Shown here: piece after piece, positions 26,628 to 40,099 of the stretch
Position numbering within the stretch: position 1 is the first letter of the stretch
Layout of the letters: each line of letters opens with the position of its first letter
Assembly: GCF_047607385.1 (NCBI RefSeq)
Contig: NZ_JASGDE010000018.1
Span: 2,205-66,204 of the forward strand
Reading direction: 5' to 3'
Length of the DNA: 64,000 nt
Source: Micropruina sp.
GTDB lineage: Bacteria > Actinomycetota > Actinomycetes > Propionibacteriales > Propionibacteriaceae
The notes under the pieces: generated by a model
What the model was told of the DNA's origin: nothing
Databases searched by the model: none
What the model saw: the letters and a program-made list of their open reading frames with translations, nothing else
Program-made: the position numbers and the translations under genes

Positions 26628-26701
26628 TGCCCCCGGCGGGGTTCGAACCCGCACTGGGGCGGGTTTAAGCCGCCTGCCTCTGCCGGTTGGGCTACGGGGG
26701 C
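26628..26701 (-). tRNA. 74-nt tRNA with anticodon UAA (Leu, codon UUA) but a short 5-nt variable loop
   Basis: Minus strand: GCCCCCG TA GCC CAACCGGCAGA GGC A GGCGG CTTAAAC CCGCC CCAGT GCGGG TTCGAAC CCCGC CGGGGGC A. It has a perfect 7-bp acceptor, 5-bp anticodon and T stems, U33, A37, G18G19 and A73. No CCA is encoded. Confidence 0.75.
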
Positions 26702-26756
26702 ACGGCTCGATCCTAGAGGAGCCCGGCCCGGACGGCACCGTGTCGGGCAGGGCCGG

Positions 26757-27677
26757 TCAGGCCTCCAACAGGCCGAGGGCGAGGCCGTCCAGGATGTCCG
26801 ACTCGCTGACGGTGAGATCGACCTGCACCCGGCGTCCGACCCGGTCCGCGATCAGGGCGCCGGCGCAGATCACGTCGGCCCGCTTGGGATGCATGGACGG
26901 CAGCTCGCGGACCTGCGCGACGCTGGAGCCGAGCAGTTGCTGAGTGAGCGCGGACAGGTCGTGGCGAGCCAGCGTGGAGCCGTGCACCCTGGTCCGGTCG
27001 TACTCGGGCAGCCGCTGGCTGACCGCCGACAAAGACGTGGCGGTACCGCCCACCCCGATCCAGGTGGCCACGTCGGCGAACGGGATGCCGGAGGAGTCGA
27101 GCAGCGCGTCGATGTAGTCGGACGCCGCGTCGATCTGCGCGCCGGTGGGCGGGTCGCCGGCCAGGAAACGCTCCCGAACCCGGACGCTGCCGATGTCGAG
27201 AGAGAGGCCGTGCTCGATCCGGGGGGTGATCCCGCCGCTGCCCAGCACCAGTTCGGTGGAGCCGCCGCCGATGTCCATCACCAGGGCGGGGGCGGCGACG
27301 TCCGGCAGCGCGGTCAGGGCGCCGCGGAACGACAGCGCCGCCTCCTCGTCCCCGCTGATGATCTCGGCGTCCACACCGAGCAGGCTGCGGGCGCCGGCGA
27401 AGAACTCGTCGCGGTTGGACGCGTCCCGGGCGGCCGAGGTGGCCACCAGGCGGACCCGGTCGGCACCGAACTCCTCGATCACCTGGGCGTATTCGGCGAA
27501 GGCGTCCAGGGTGCGGCGCAGGGCGTCGGGGTGGAACTGGCCGGTGGCGTCCACGCCCTGGCCGAGCCGGGTCAGGATCAGCCGGCGATCGAGGTCGACC
27601 AGCCCACCCCCGGACGCCGGCTCCGCGACCAGCAGTCGCACCGAGTTGGTTCCGCAGTCGATCGCCGCAACCTTCAT
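26757..27677 (-). CDS. ppx: Exopolyphosphatase / Ppx-GppA family phosphatase
   Basis: MKVAAIDCGTNSVRLLVA...LVATSAARDASNRDEF...VMDIGGGSTELV. The ATG overlaps the DUF501 stop (ATGA). Confidence 0.85.
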   Translation of the reverse strand: MKVAAIDCGTNSVRLLVAEPASGGGLVDLDRRLILTRLGQGVDATGQFHPDALRRTLDAFAEYAQVIEEFGADRVRLVATSAARDASNRDEFFAGARSLLGVDAEIISGDEEAALSFRGALTALPDVAAPALVMDIGGGSTELVLGSGGITPRIEHGLSLDIGSVRVRERFLAGDPPTGAQIDAASDYIDALLDSSGIPFADVATWIGVGGTATSLSAVSQRLPEYDRTRVHGSTLARHDLSALTQQLLGSSVAQVRELPSMHPKRADVICAGALIADRVGRRVQVDLTVSESDILDGLALGLLEA

Positions 27678-28171
27678 GCCGCCCCCAGACACTCGCCGAA
27701 CGGGAAATCTCGCAGTAGTTCCACCGCCTCGTCGCCGAGCGGGTTCACCCCCGGCCCGGCCGCCAGCGCATGCGCCACCAGGACGTGTAGGCATTTCACC
27801 CGGGTCGGCATGCCGCCGGCACTGACCCGGTCGATCTCGGGCACCTCACCGAGAGCCTTGCGGTCGGCCAGGTAGGCGTCGTGGGCCGCGGCGTAGCGGG
27901 CGGCCAGTTCGGCGTCCTCACCGAGCCGCCGGGTCATCTCGGCCATCACACCTTGTGCTTCAAGGGTGGAGCAGCCGGCGACCGCCAGCGGGCAGGTCAG
28001 GTAGTAGGTGGTCGGGAACGGGGTGCCGTCCGGCAACCGCGGCGTGGTGACCACGACACCCGGGTGACCGCTCGCGCACCGCCAGGCGACGCGGACCAGG
28101 CCACGCGGGGTGCGGCCCAGCTGTTCCTCGATCGCCGCGATGTCGGCAGGGTCGATCAGGGACGCGGGCAT
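27674..28171 (-). CDS. DUF501-domain protein
   Basis: RCASGHPGVVVTTPRLPDGTPFPTTYYLTCP...GGMPTRVKCLHVLVAHALA. Confidence 0.85.
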   Translation of the reverse strand: MPASLIDPADIAAIEEQLGRTPRGLVRVAWRCASGHPGVVVTTPRLPDGTPFPTTYYLTCPLAVAGCSTLEAQGVMAEMTRRLGEDAELAARYAAAHDAYLADRKALGEVPEIDRVSAGGMPTRVKCLHVLVAHALAAGPGVNPLGDEAVELLRDFPFGECLGAA

Positions 28172-28301
28172 GGGGTCATTCTGCCCGCTGGCCGGTGGGC
28201 TGTCGAAGTGCGGGACGGGCCCAGCGGCCGGAAAGGTATCACCAGTGGGACGAAAGGAACCGTCCCCGTCGTACCACCCACCGGCGGGGTTCGGGCAGCG
28301 G

Positions 28302-28883
28302 TCAGCGTCCGACCTTGCGGGTGGGGTTGTCGGCGGTCTCCACCGAACCCCAGAGCCGGTCGAACCACATCTGGGAGTGCTCGCCGGGGGGCAATTCGTT
28401 CTCGGAGTCCAGCACCACCCCGGTACCGAGCGGCTTGCCGTCCGGGCCGATCACCCGATACCCGGTCTCGCCCGGCAGCAGCCAGCCCAATTGGGCCCGG
28501 GCCTGGGCCTTCACGTAGGCCGGGTCGTTCCAGCGCCGGATCTCGTCCTCGAGCTGGCTGATCCGCTGGGTGCGCTCCTGGATCTGCTGGTTCGCCGCGG
28601 CCAGATCGCGCTGCTGGTCGAGATAGATCCGCAGCGAGTTGGCGTAGGACAGCGCCAGCACCACCAGGACGCTGAGCACCGCCAGCGCCCGCCGGGTCAG
28701 CCCGAGGCGTCCGGGCAGCTTGGGCAGCCGGGACGCGGCCTTCGGTGCGGACGCCGGGGTCTGCGCCTCGGCGTCCGGCGTCGCGGCCGGCCTGGCTCCG
28801 GACGCGCGCGAGCCGGCCCGGGTGCGTGTGGAACGACCCGGGCCGGCTGGCGATGTACGTGGTGGTCGCCTGTCGCGAGCCAT
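28302..28883 (-). CDS. ftsB: Septum formation initiator (FtsB/DivIC family)
   Basis: Basic Pro/Ala-rich N-terminus, a TM helix, a coiled coil RDLAAANQQIQERTQRISQLEDEIRRWNDPAYV, and its position between eno and DUF501. Confidence 0.8.
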   Translation of the reverse strand: MARDRRPPRTSPAGPGRSTRTRAGSRASGARPAATPDAEAQTPASAPKAASRLPKLPGRLGLTRRALAVLSVLVVLALSYANSLRIYLDQQRDLAAANQQIQERTQRISQLEDEIRRWNDPAYVKAQARAQLGWLLPGETGYRVIGPDGKPLGTGVVLDSENELPPGEHSQMWFDRLWGSVETADNPTRKVGR

Positions 28884-28916
28884 CAGACCTGACCTCTCAT
28901 CAGGTCAATCGTACGG

Positions 28917-30362
<1,446 letters not shown>

Positions 30363-30971
30363 TCAGCCGGCCGTTTCGGCGGCGACGATCCGGCGCTCCA
30401 GCTCCCGGACGGCGGCGCGGGTGGCCTGTTCGGCGTCCACACCGCGGGCGTGCGCCTCCATGACCAGGGCCAGGATCCGCTCCCCGATGTCGTCGGACGG
30501 GGTCGGCGTCGGGGTGCCCGACCCCTGCCAGTCGCTGCGGGCGATCACCTTGGCGGCCCGGGTCAGCGCCGACATCCGCTGCGGGATCCCGTCCAGCACC
30601 GAGGTGCGTCCCTTCTCGGCCCGCTTGCGCTGCTCCCAACTGGCCAGCATGTCGTCCGGCACCGGCTCGGACGCGAAGACGTGCGGGTGCCGGGCGACCA
30701 GCTTGTCGGCGATCCCGCGGGCCACGTCCTCGATGTCGAAGCGACCCTCCTGATCGGCGATCTCGGCATGGAAGACCACCTGCAGCAGCAGGTCGCCGAG
30801 CTCCTCCAGCAGCGCCGGATCGGAGCCGTCCTCGATCGCCTCGACCACTTCCAGGGTCTCCTCGACCAGGTAGCCGACCAGCGATTCGTGGGTCTGCTCG
30901 GCGTCCCACGGGCAGCCGCGACGCAGCGTCCGCATCACCTCGACGAGGCGCTCCAGCTGCGGATGAGACAC
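30363..30971 (-). CDS. mazG: MazG-family nucleoside triphosphate pyrophosphohydrolase
   Basis: LRRGCPWDAEQTHESLVGYLVEETLEVVEAIE...ELGDLLLQVVFHA...KLVARHPHVF. Confidence 0.85.
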   Translation of the reverse strand: MSHPQLERLVEVMRTLRRGCPWDAEQTHESLVGYLVEETLEVVEAIEDGSDPALLEELGDLLLQVVFHAEIADQEGRFDIEDVARGIADKLVARHPHVFASEPVPDDMLASWEQRKRAEKGRTSVLDGIPQRMSALTRAAKVIARSDWQGSGTPTPTPSDDIGERILALVMEAHARGVDAEQATRAAVRELERRIVAAETAG

Positions 30972-30975
30972 GGGC

Positions 30976-31497
30976 TCAGGCGGGAGCGCTGGGCGTTGCC
31001 CAGGGCTTGGACAGCTGACCGCCGGACTGGGCGATGGCCGCCGACTCCACCGACCAGGACCCGTAGCGCGGGTTCACCTGGACGGAGGCCTGCGCCACCC
31101 GGGCCAGGAACGCGGTCTCGCCGACCCGGTTGATCACCAGGGTCGAGTCGACCACGTCGTCGACGAAGCCGGAGACCTGCGGGTCGTCGCCGAACGCGGC
31201 CAGGTTGGGATTCGCGTTGAGCACGGTGGTGCGCGCGTCGCCGGTGAGCTGGATGCCCTGCTCGGTGGCGATGGCCCGGGCGATCTCACCGCGAATCGCG
31301 TAGGACAGCACGATCGCGTGCGGCTCGGCCAGCTGGCCGCCGGTCTCGCCGATGGCCTTCACCGGGCCCTCGACCCGGGAGACCGGGATCGACACCCCGT
31401 TCACGCTGGCGGCCACATTGGCCCCCGGATTGGAGCACCCCACCAGCACCAGCAGTCCCGCCACGACCGTGACGAGCACCCAACGCACGCTTTTCAT
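30976..31497 (-). CDS. Hypothetical lipoprotein
   Basis: MKSVRWVLVTVVAGLLVLVGCS lipobox. It sits between mfd and mazG. Start taken at Met18 of the track ORF. Confidence 0.65.
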   Translation of the reverse strand: MKSVRWVLVTVVAGLLVLVGCSNPGANVAASVNGVSIPVSRVEGPVKAIGETGGQLAEPHAIVLSYAIRGEIARAIATEQGIQLTGDARTTVLNANPNLAAFGDDPQVSGFVDDVVDSTLVINRVGETAFLARVAQASVQVNPRYGSWSVESAAIAQSGGQLSKPWATPSAPA

Positions 31498-31579
31498 CGT
31501 CCCTCCAGACTCCCCCGCGATCCTAGTGCCCCGGCCACCAACCTTCACCCGCTACGCGATGCCCGGTCGGCGCCGCGCG

Positions 31580-35161
<3,582 letters not shown>

Positions 35162-35370
35162 CGGGCAACCTTACGCCCTCGGACCGACACCCCCACGCGC
35201 TCGGTCACCGGCTCAGTGGCGGGCGTTCCGCAGCACCTTGCTGAGCGCACCGACGCCCACGAACGTCAGGAAGAAGCCCAGGAAGGCCGCCGCGGCGCGG
35301 AGGAAGTTGCCGGCCGGAGGCATCGCGTCGAGCATCCCGGGTAGGCGGGCGCGGGGCCGCCGGGCGAGAC

Positions 35371-35970
35371 TCAGCCGTTGAAGGCGTTCTGCGCGGCCTC
35401 CAGCCCGTTCCGCATCAGCACCTCGACGGCATCGGCGGCGCGCGCCACCTCGACGGCGAGATCCTCCCGCGCCGAGGCCGGGAACGGGCTGAGCACGAAG
35501 TCGGCGGGGGCCTGCCGGCCGGGCGGACGTCCGATGCCCATCCGGACCCGGAGGAAGTCGCCGGTGCTCAGCGAGGAACGCATCGACTTCAGCCCGTTGT
35601 GGCCGTTGTCGCCGCCGCCGAGCTTGAGCCGGAGGCGTCCGAAATCGAGGTCGAGCTCGTCGTGGACGGCGATCACCTGGGCCGGCTTCACCCCGTAGTA
35701 GGCGGACGCCTTGGCGACCGCGGCGCCGGAGTCGTTCATGAAGGTGCGCGGCTTCAGCAGCACGACGCGCTGGGCGTCCGCACCGATGCCGCCCATCCCG
35801 GCGGCGGTGATCCGGGTCTCGCAGACGTCGGCCCGCATCCCGCGCGGGGCGGTGAAACCGGCGCTGGCCCGGCGGGCCAGCTCGTCGGCCACCATGAAAC
35901 CGACGTTGTGCCGGTGAAAAGCGTAGGTCGGGCCCGGATTACCGAGCCCGACCACCAGCCATACAGCCAT
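35371..35970 (-). CDS. pth: Peptidyl-tRNA hydrolase
   Basis: WLVVGLGNPGPTYAFHRHNVGFMV...HDELDLDFGRLRLKLGGGDNGHNGLKS. Confidence 0.93.
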   Translation of the reverse strand: MAVWLVVGLGNPGPTYAFHRHNVGFMVADELARRASAGFTAPRGMRADVCETRITAAGMGGIGADAQRVVLLKPRTFMNDSGAAVAKASAYYGVKPAQVIAVHDELDLDFGRLRLKLGGGDNGHNGLKSMRSSLSTGDFLRVRMGIGRPPGRQAPADFVLSPFPASAREDLAVEVARAADAVEVLMRNGLEAAQNAFNG

Positions 35971-35979
35971 CGGAGCGAA

Positions 35980-36615
35980 TTACTCGCTGTCGGAGGCGGC
36001 CTCCGCCGGAGCGGAATCCTCGTCGGAGGTGCCGGCAACGGCGGCGTCCAGCTCGGCGTCGATCTGCTCCTGCGACTTGGCCGCGGCGATGCTCAGGATC
36101 AGGTCGTCCGGCTCGCCGGGGAACACCGCGCCCTCGGGCAGGTTCAGATCCTTGGCGGCCACCGAGTCGCCGATCTCCAGGTTGGTCACGTCGATCTCGA
36201 CCGAGGCCGGGATGTGGGTGGCCTCCGCCTCCAGGGTGATGGTCTGCTGATCCATCACGATGACCCGGTCGGCACGCTCGTCGGCGCCCAGGACAACCAG
36301 CGGGACCTCGACGGAGACCTTCTCGCCGCGCTTCACGACGACCAGGTCGACATGCTCGATGGTGCCCTTGACCGGGTTGCGCTGCACCTGCTTGGGCAGC
36401 GCCAGCTGCGCGGCGGCGCCGTCGATGCTGATCGACAGCAGCGCGTTCGCGGCGCGCAGCGCCAGCAGGGTCTCGTGGCCCGGCAGCGACACGTGGACCG
36501 GGTCGGCCCCGTGGCCGTAGAGCACGGCCGGAACCAGGCCGGCACGACGGGTCCGGCGGGCAGCGCCCTTGCCGAACTCGGTCCGGGACACCGCGGGAAT
36601 CTTCACTTCAGCCAT
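35980..36615 (-). CDS. rplY: 50S ribosomal protein L25 / general stress protein Ctc
   Basis: RTEFGKGAARRTRRAGLVPAVLYGHG...VQRNPVKGTIEHVDLV with an acidic C-terminal tail. Confidence 0.9.
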   Translation of the reverse strand: MAEVKIPAVSRTEFGKGAARRTRRAGLVPAVLYGHGADPVHVSLPGHETLLALRAANALLSISIDGAAAQLALPKQVQRNPVKGTIEHVDLVVVKRGEKVSVEVPLVVLGADERADRVIVMDQQTITLEAEATHIPASVEIDVTNLEIGDSVAAKDLNLPEGAVFPGEPDDLILSIAAAKSQEQIDAELDAAVAGTSDEDSAPAEAASDSE

Positions 36616-36735
36616 GGATGGCTACTCCTCATACCTCGTCTGCAACTCGATTTCTCGGACGAGGGAGGCGCGCGAATCGGCACACACCTTGTCGATCACG
36701 GGCCTGGGGCCCCTCGCCGAGGCAACCGGAGTAGC

Positions 36736-37707
36736 TTATCGCGCCGAAGCCGAGGGGTGGAAATCGGGCAGCACCACCCGGCCGTCACGCACCGCGATCG
36801 GGACCGGGTCGATGATGCCGCCCAGGAAGTCGCCGTCCGGGCCGTCGTGGCGGAAGGCCAGGAACACCTGGGCCCCGGACCGGTCGGTGACGATGCGGCC
36901 CACGTAGTGCCGCCGGTCGGCCAGCAGCTGTGCACCGGCGATGTCGTAGGGCCCCAGCGGCCCTTCGGCCGGCGCCAGCCACACCCCGCCGCGGGTGCCG
37001 GTGGCCCTGCGCGCCGCAGACACGTCGCGATCGAGGCAGTTGAACAGCAGGAAGTGCCGGCCCTCGATCACCACCGGGTCCGGAACCTCCAGTTGCCCGA
37101 ACCCCTGACCGGGCTGCGACAACGGTGGTTGCAGCGTCCACCGGCGCAGGTCGGGGGAAGTGGCGTGCCCGATCACCCCGCGGTCGTCGGCGGCGCCGCG
37201 ATTGGCCCGGGCGGTGATCAGCAGGTGCCAGCCGTCGCCGTCCGGGTCGGGCAGCACGCAAGGGTCGCGGAACGCCTCGTCGTTCCACAATCCGTCGGCC
37301 AACCGCTCGTACCAGCGCGGGTCGGCACGCAGCACCGGACCCGGCGCCTTGGTCCAGTCGTAGAGGTCGGGCGAGGTGGCGTAGGAGATGGTCTGTACGT
37401 TCGACCCGTTGGGCGCGGCGGTCGCCGAGGTGTAGATCAGGTACCACAGCCCGTCCGGGCCGCGGGTGATCGAGCCGGTCCAGGTGGCCAGGTCGTCCGC
37501 GGCCGGCGCGTCGGAGCGCACCAGGGCGTCCGTCACCCGGGTCCAGTGGCTGAGGTCGTCGGAGACGGCGTGCCCCACCGAGGCCCGGTAGTGCCGGGCC
37601 TCCGGATCCTTCAACGCCCGCGAGGCGTACAGGAAGAACAGGTGGTAGCGATCGCCGTCGTCCACGATCCAGAAGTCCCACACCCAGGCCTCGGGGAGAT
37701 CGAACAC
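36736..37707 (-). CDS. Clan GH-J (GH32/GH68-like) beta-fructofuranosidase-type glycoside hydrolase, cytoplasmic
   Basis: N-terminal VWDFWIV, RDP motif (EAFRDPCV) and EVPD (analogous to ECP), in a five-bladed-propeller-sized 323-aa protein with no signal peptide. Confidence 0.7.
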   Translation of the reverse strand: MFDLPEAWVWDFWIVDDGDRYHLFFLYASRALKDPEARHYRASVGHAVSDDLSHWTRVTDALVRSDAPAADDLATWTGSITRGPDGLWYLIYTSATAAPNGSNVQTISYATSPDLYDWTKAPGPVLRADPRWYERLADGLWNDEAFRDPCVLPDPDGDGWHLLITARANRGAADDRGVIGHATSPDLRRWTLQPPLSQPGQGFGQLEVPDPVVIEGRHFLLFNCLDRDVSAARRATGTRGGVWLAPAEGPLGPYDIAGAQLLADRRHYVGRIVTDRSGAQVFLAFRHDGPDGDFLGGIIDPVPIAVRDGRVVLPDFHPSASAR

Positions 37708-37970
37708 CGGTCAGCCCTTCCTACTCGACGCGACGGGGACGGACGTGGCCACCGGTCGGCCGAACGCCGCCGGCCTGGCGAGGAGCGTCATTGGTTCCTC
37801 CTGGACGATCGCGGGATCGGCACGTCCCGACGACTGCTAAAAGCATTTACGCGTCAAGGCTACACCGCCGCGCCGGGCCGACAACCTGCTAAATCCTTGC
37901 TTCTAGGCCGGAACGGGCGATCTCGGCAGTCGCCGTGGAAGACTTGGCAGCCGATGGGGACGGGAGTCGC

Positions 37971-38987
37971 ATGACGAAGCGGGTGACGCTGGCCGACGTG
38001 GCAGCCCTGGCCGGGGTATCGCAGACGGCCGCGAGCCTGGTGCTCAACAACCGCCCGGGCAGCCGGCTCTCCGCCCAGGCCGCGGAGCGGATCCGGGCTG
38101 CGGCCGAACAACTCGACTACCGACCCAACCCGGCGGCGCGCAGCCTGCGCAGCGGCAAGACCAATATCGTCGCCTTCGTCTCCGACGACGTCACCGTGAC
38201 CCGCTACGCCTCGGCGATGATCCGTGGCCTGCTGGACGTCGCGGAGGACCACCGCCGCACCGTGCTGATCGCCGAGACCGGCAGCAACCCGCGCCGGATC
38301 CGGGAGGCGATGCGGGCCATCATCGACCGGCAACCCGACGCGATCCTGTTCGGGCGGATGGGCGCCCGGGAGTTCGACGTGCCGAAGGTGCCCGCCGACC
38401 TGCCGGTGGTGCTGATCAACGCCACCAGCCCACGGGGCTACCCCAGCGTGCTGCCCGCCGAGTTCGAAGCCGGACGGACGGTGACCCGGACGCTGCTCGA
38501 TGCCGGCCACCGGGACATCGCCATCATCGGCGTGGACCGGGAGGCCGCCGCCGACCCGCGGCAGTCGGTCACCATCGCGATCCGCTACGACGGCATCTTC
38601 GACGCCCTCGCGACGGCCGGAGTCACCCCCAGCTGGGTCTACTCCAGCCTGCTCTGGGAGCCGGACACCGGCTATCGGGCGATGCGCGAACTGCTGGCCA
38701 GCGACGCCCGGCCGACCGGGCTGATCTGCCTCAACGACCGGCTGGCCTTCGGCGCCTACCAGGCGCTGACCGAGGCCGGGTTGCGGGTTCCGGACGACCT
38801 GTCCGTGGTGTCCTTCGACGACGACATCGTGGCGTCCTATCTGCGGCCGGGACTGACCACCGCGGCCATCCCCTACGAGGAGATGGGACGCCGCGCCATG
38901 GCGATGCTGCTGTCCGATCCCGAACCCGAGCACCAGCTGGTGCCGATGCCGCTGCGGCTGCGGGAGTCCGTCCGAGCGCTGCGATAG
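37971..38987 (+). CDS. LacI-family transcriptional regulator
   Basis: MTKRVTLADVAALAGVSQTAASLVLNNRPGSRLSAQAAERIRAAAEQLDYRPNPAARSLRSGKT plus a periplasmic-binding-protein-like fold. Confidence 0.85.
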   Translation: MTKRVTLADVAALAGVSQTAASLVLNNRPGSRLSAQAAERIRAAAEQLDYRPNPAARSLRSGKTNIVAFVSDDVTVTRYASAMIRGLLDVAEDHRRTVLIAETGSNPRRIREAMRAIIDRQPDAILFGRMGAREFDVPKVPADLPVVLINATSPRGYPSVLPAEFEAGRTVTRTLLDAGHRDIAIIGVDREAAADPRQSVTIAIRYDGIFDALATAGVTPSWVYSSLLWEPDTGYRAMRELLASDARPTGLICLNDRLAFGAYQALTEAGLRVPDDLSVVSFDDDIVASYLRPGLTTAAIPYEEMGRRAMAMLLSDPEPEHQLVPMPLRLRESVRALR

Positions 38988-39121
38988 CGCCGCGCCGACG
39001 GGTTTCCCTCGGTCCGCGGCCGCTGAGAGATCGCGGTCACCGCCCGCCGTCCTGTGCCAGCCACTGCTCCAGCCGCCGCCGATGGGCCGCCGCCTGCCAC
39101 CAGTGCCGGGAGCGGGGTCCG

Positions 39122-40099
39122 TTACTCCACGCCGTCGAACAGCGAAGTGACCGATCCGTCCACGAAGACCTCCTGGATGGCCTGGGCCAGCAGCGGAGCG
39201 ATGGACAGCACAGTCAGCTTCGGAATCAGCAGGTCGTCGCGGATCGGCAGCGTGTTGGTGACGATCACCTCTTCGAAAGCCGAAGCGTTGAGCCGCTGGG
39301 CGGCCGGCCCGGACAGGATCGGATGGGTCGCCGCGGCGATCACCTGGGACGCGCCGTGATCGCGCAGTGCGGCAGCGGCCTGGCAGATGGTGCCGGCAGT
39401 GTCGATCATGTCGTCGACCAGCAGGCAGACCCGGCCCTTCACGTCACCGACCACCTCGCCGACGGCCACCTCGTTGGCCTTGTTCGGGTCGCGCCGCTTG
39501 TGGATGATCGCCAGCGGCAGGCCGAGCCGATCCGACCAGTTGTCAGCCAGCTTCACCCGTCCGGCGTCCGGCGAGACCACGGTCATATTGTCCAGCGGAT
39601 AGTTGGCAGCGACGTAGTCGGCCAGCACCGGAATGCTGAACAGGTGGTCGACGGGGCCGTCGAAGAACCCCTGGATCTGCGAGGCGTGCAGGTCGACGCT
39701 CATCAGCCGGTCGGCACCGGCGGTCTTGTACAGATCGGCGATCAGCCGGGCCGAGATCGGCTCACGACCGGCGTGCTTCTTGTCCTGACGTCCGTACGGG
39801 TAGAACGGCGACACCACGGTGATCCGCTTGGCCGACGCCCGCTTCAGGGCGTCGATCATGATCAGCTGCTCCATCAGCCATTCGTTGACCGGCGCCGGAT
39901 GGCTCTGGATGACGAAGGCGTCCGCCCCGCGCACCGACTCCTCGAAGCGGACGTAGATCTCCGAGTTCGCGTAGGTGACCTGCCGGGTGGGCACCAGGTC
40001 GACGCCCAGGAGTTCGGCCACCTCTTCGGCCAGCTCCGGGAACGCCCGGCCGGTACACAACATCAAGTGCTTCTCGGTGGGCCGCTTGATCCCGCTCAC
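39122..40099 (-). CDS. prs: Ribose-phosphate diphosphokinase
   Basis: FANSEIYVRFEESVRGADAFVIQS-type N-terminus, VSPDAGRVKLA, LVDDMIDTAGT. Confidence 0.95.
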   Translation of the reverse strand: MSGIKRPTEKHLMLCTGRAFPELAEEVAELLGVDLVPTRQVTYANSEIYVRFEESVRGADAFVIQSHPAPVNEWLMEQLIMIDALKRASAKRITVVSPFYPYGRQDKKHAGREPISARLIADLYKTAGADRLMSVDLHASQIQGFFDGPVDHLFSIPVLADYVAANYPLDNMTVVSPDAGRVKLADNWSDRLGLPLAIIHKRRDPNKANEVAVGEVVGDVKGRVCLLVDDMIDTAGTICQAAAALRDHGASQVIAAATHPILSGPAAQRLNASAFEEVIVTNTLPIRDDLLIPKLTVLSIAPLLAQAIQEVFVDGSVTSLFDGVE

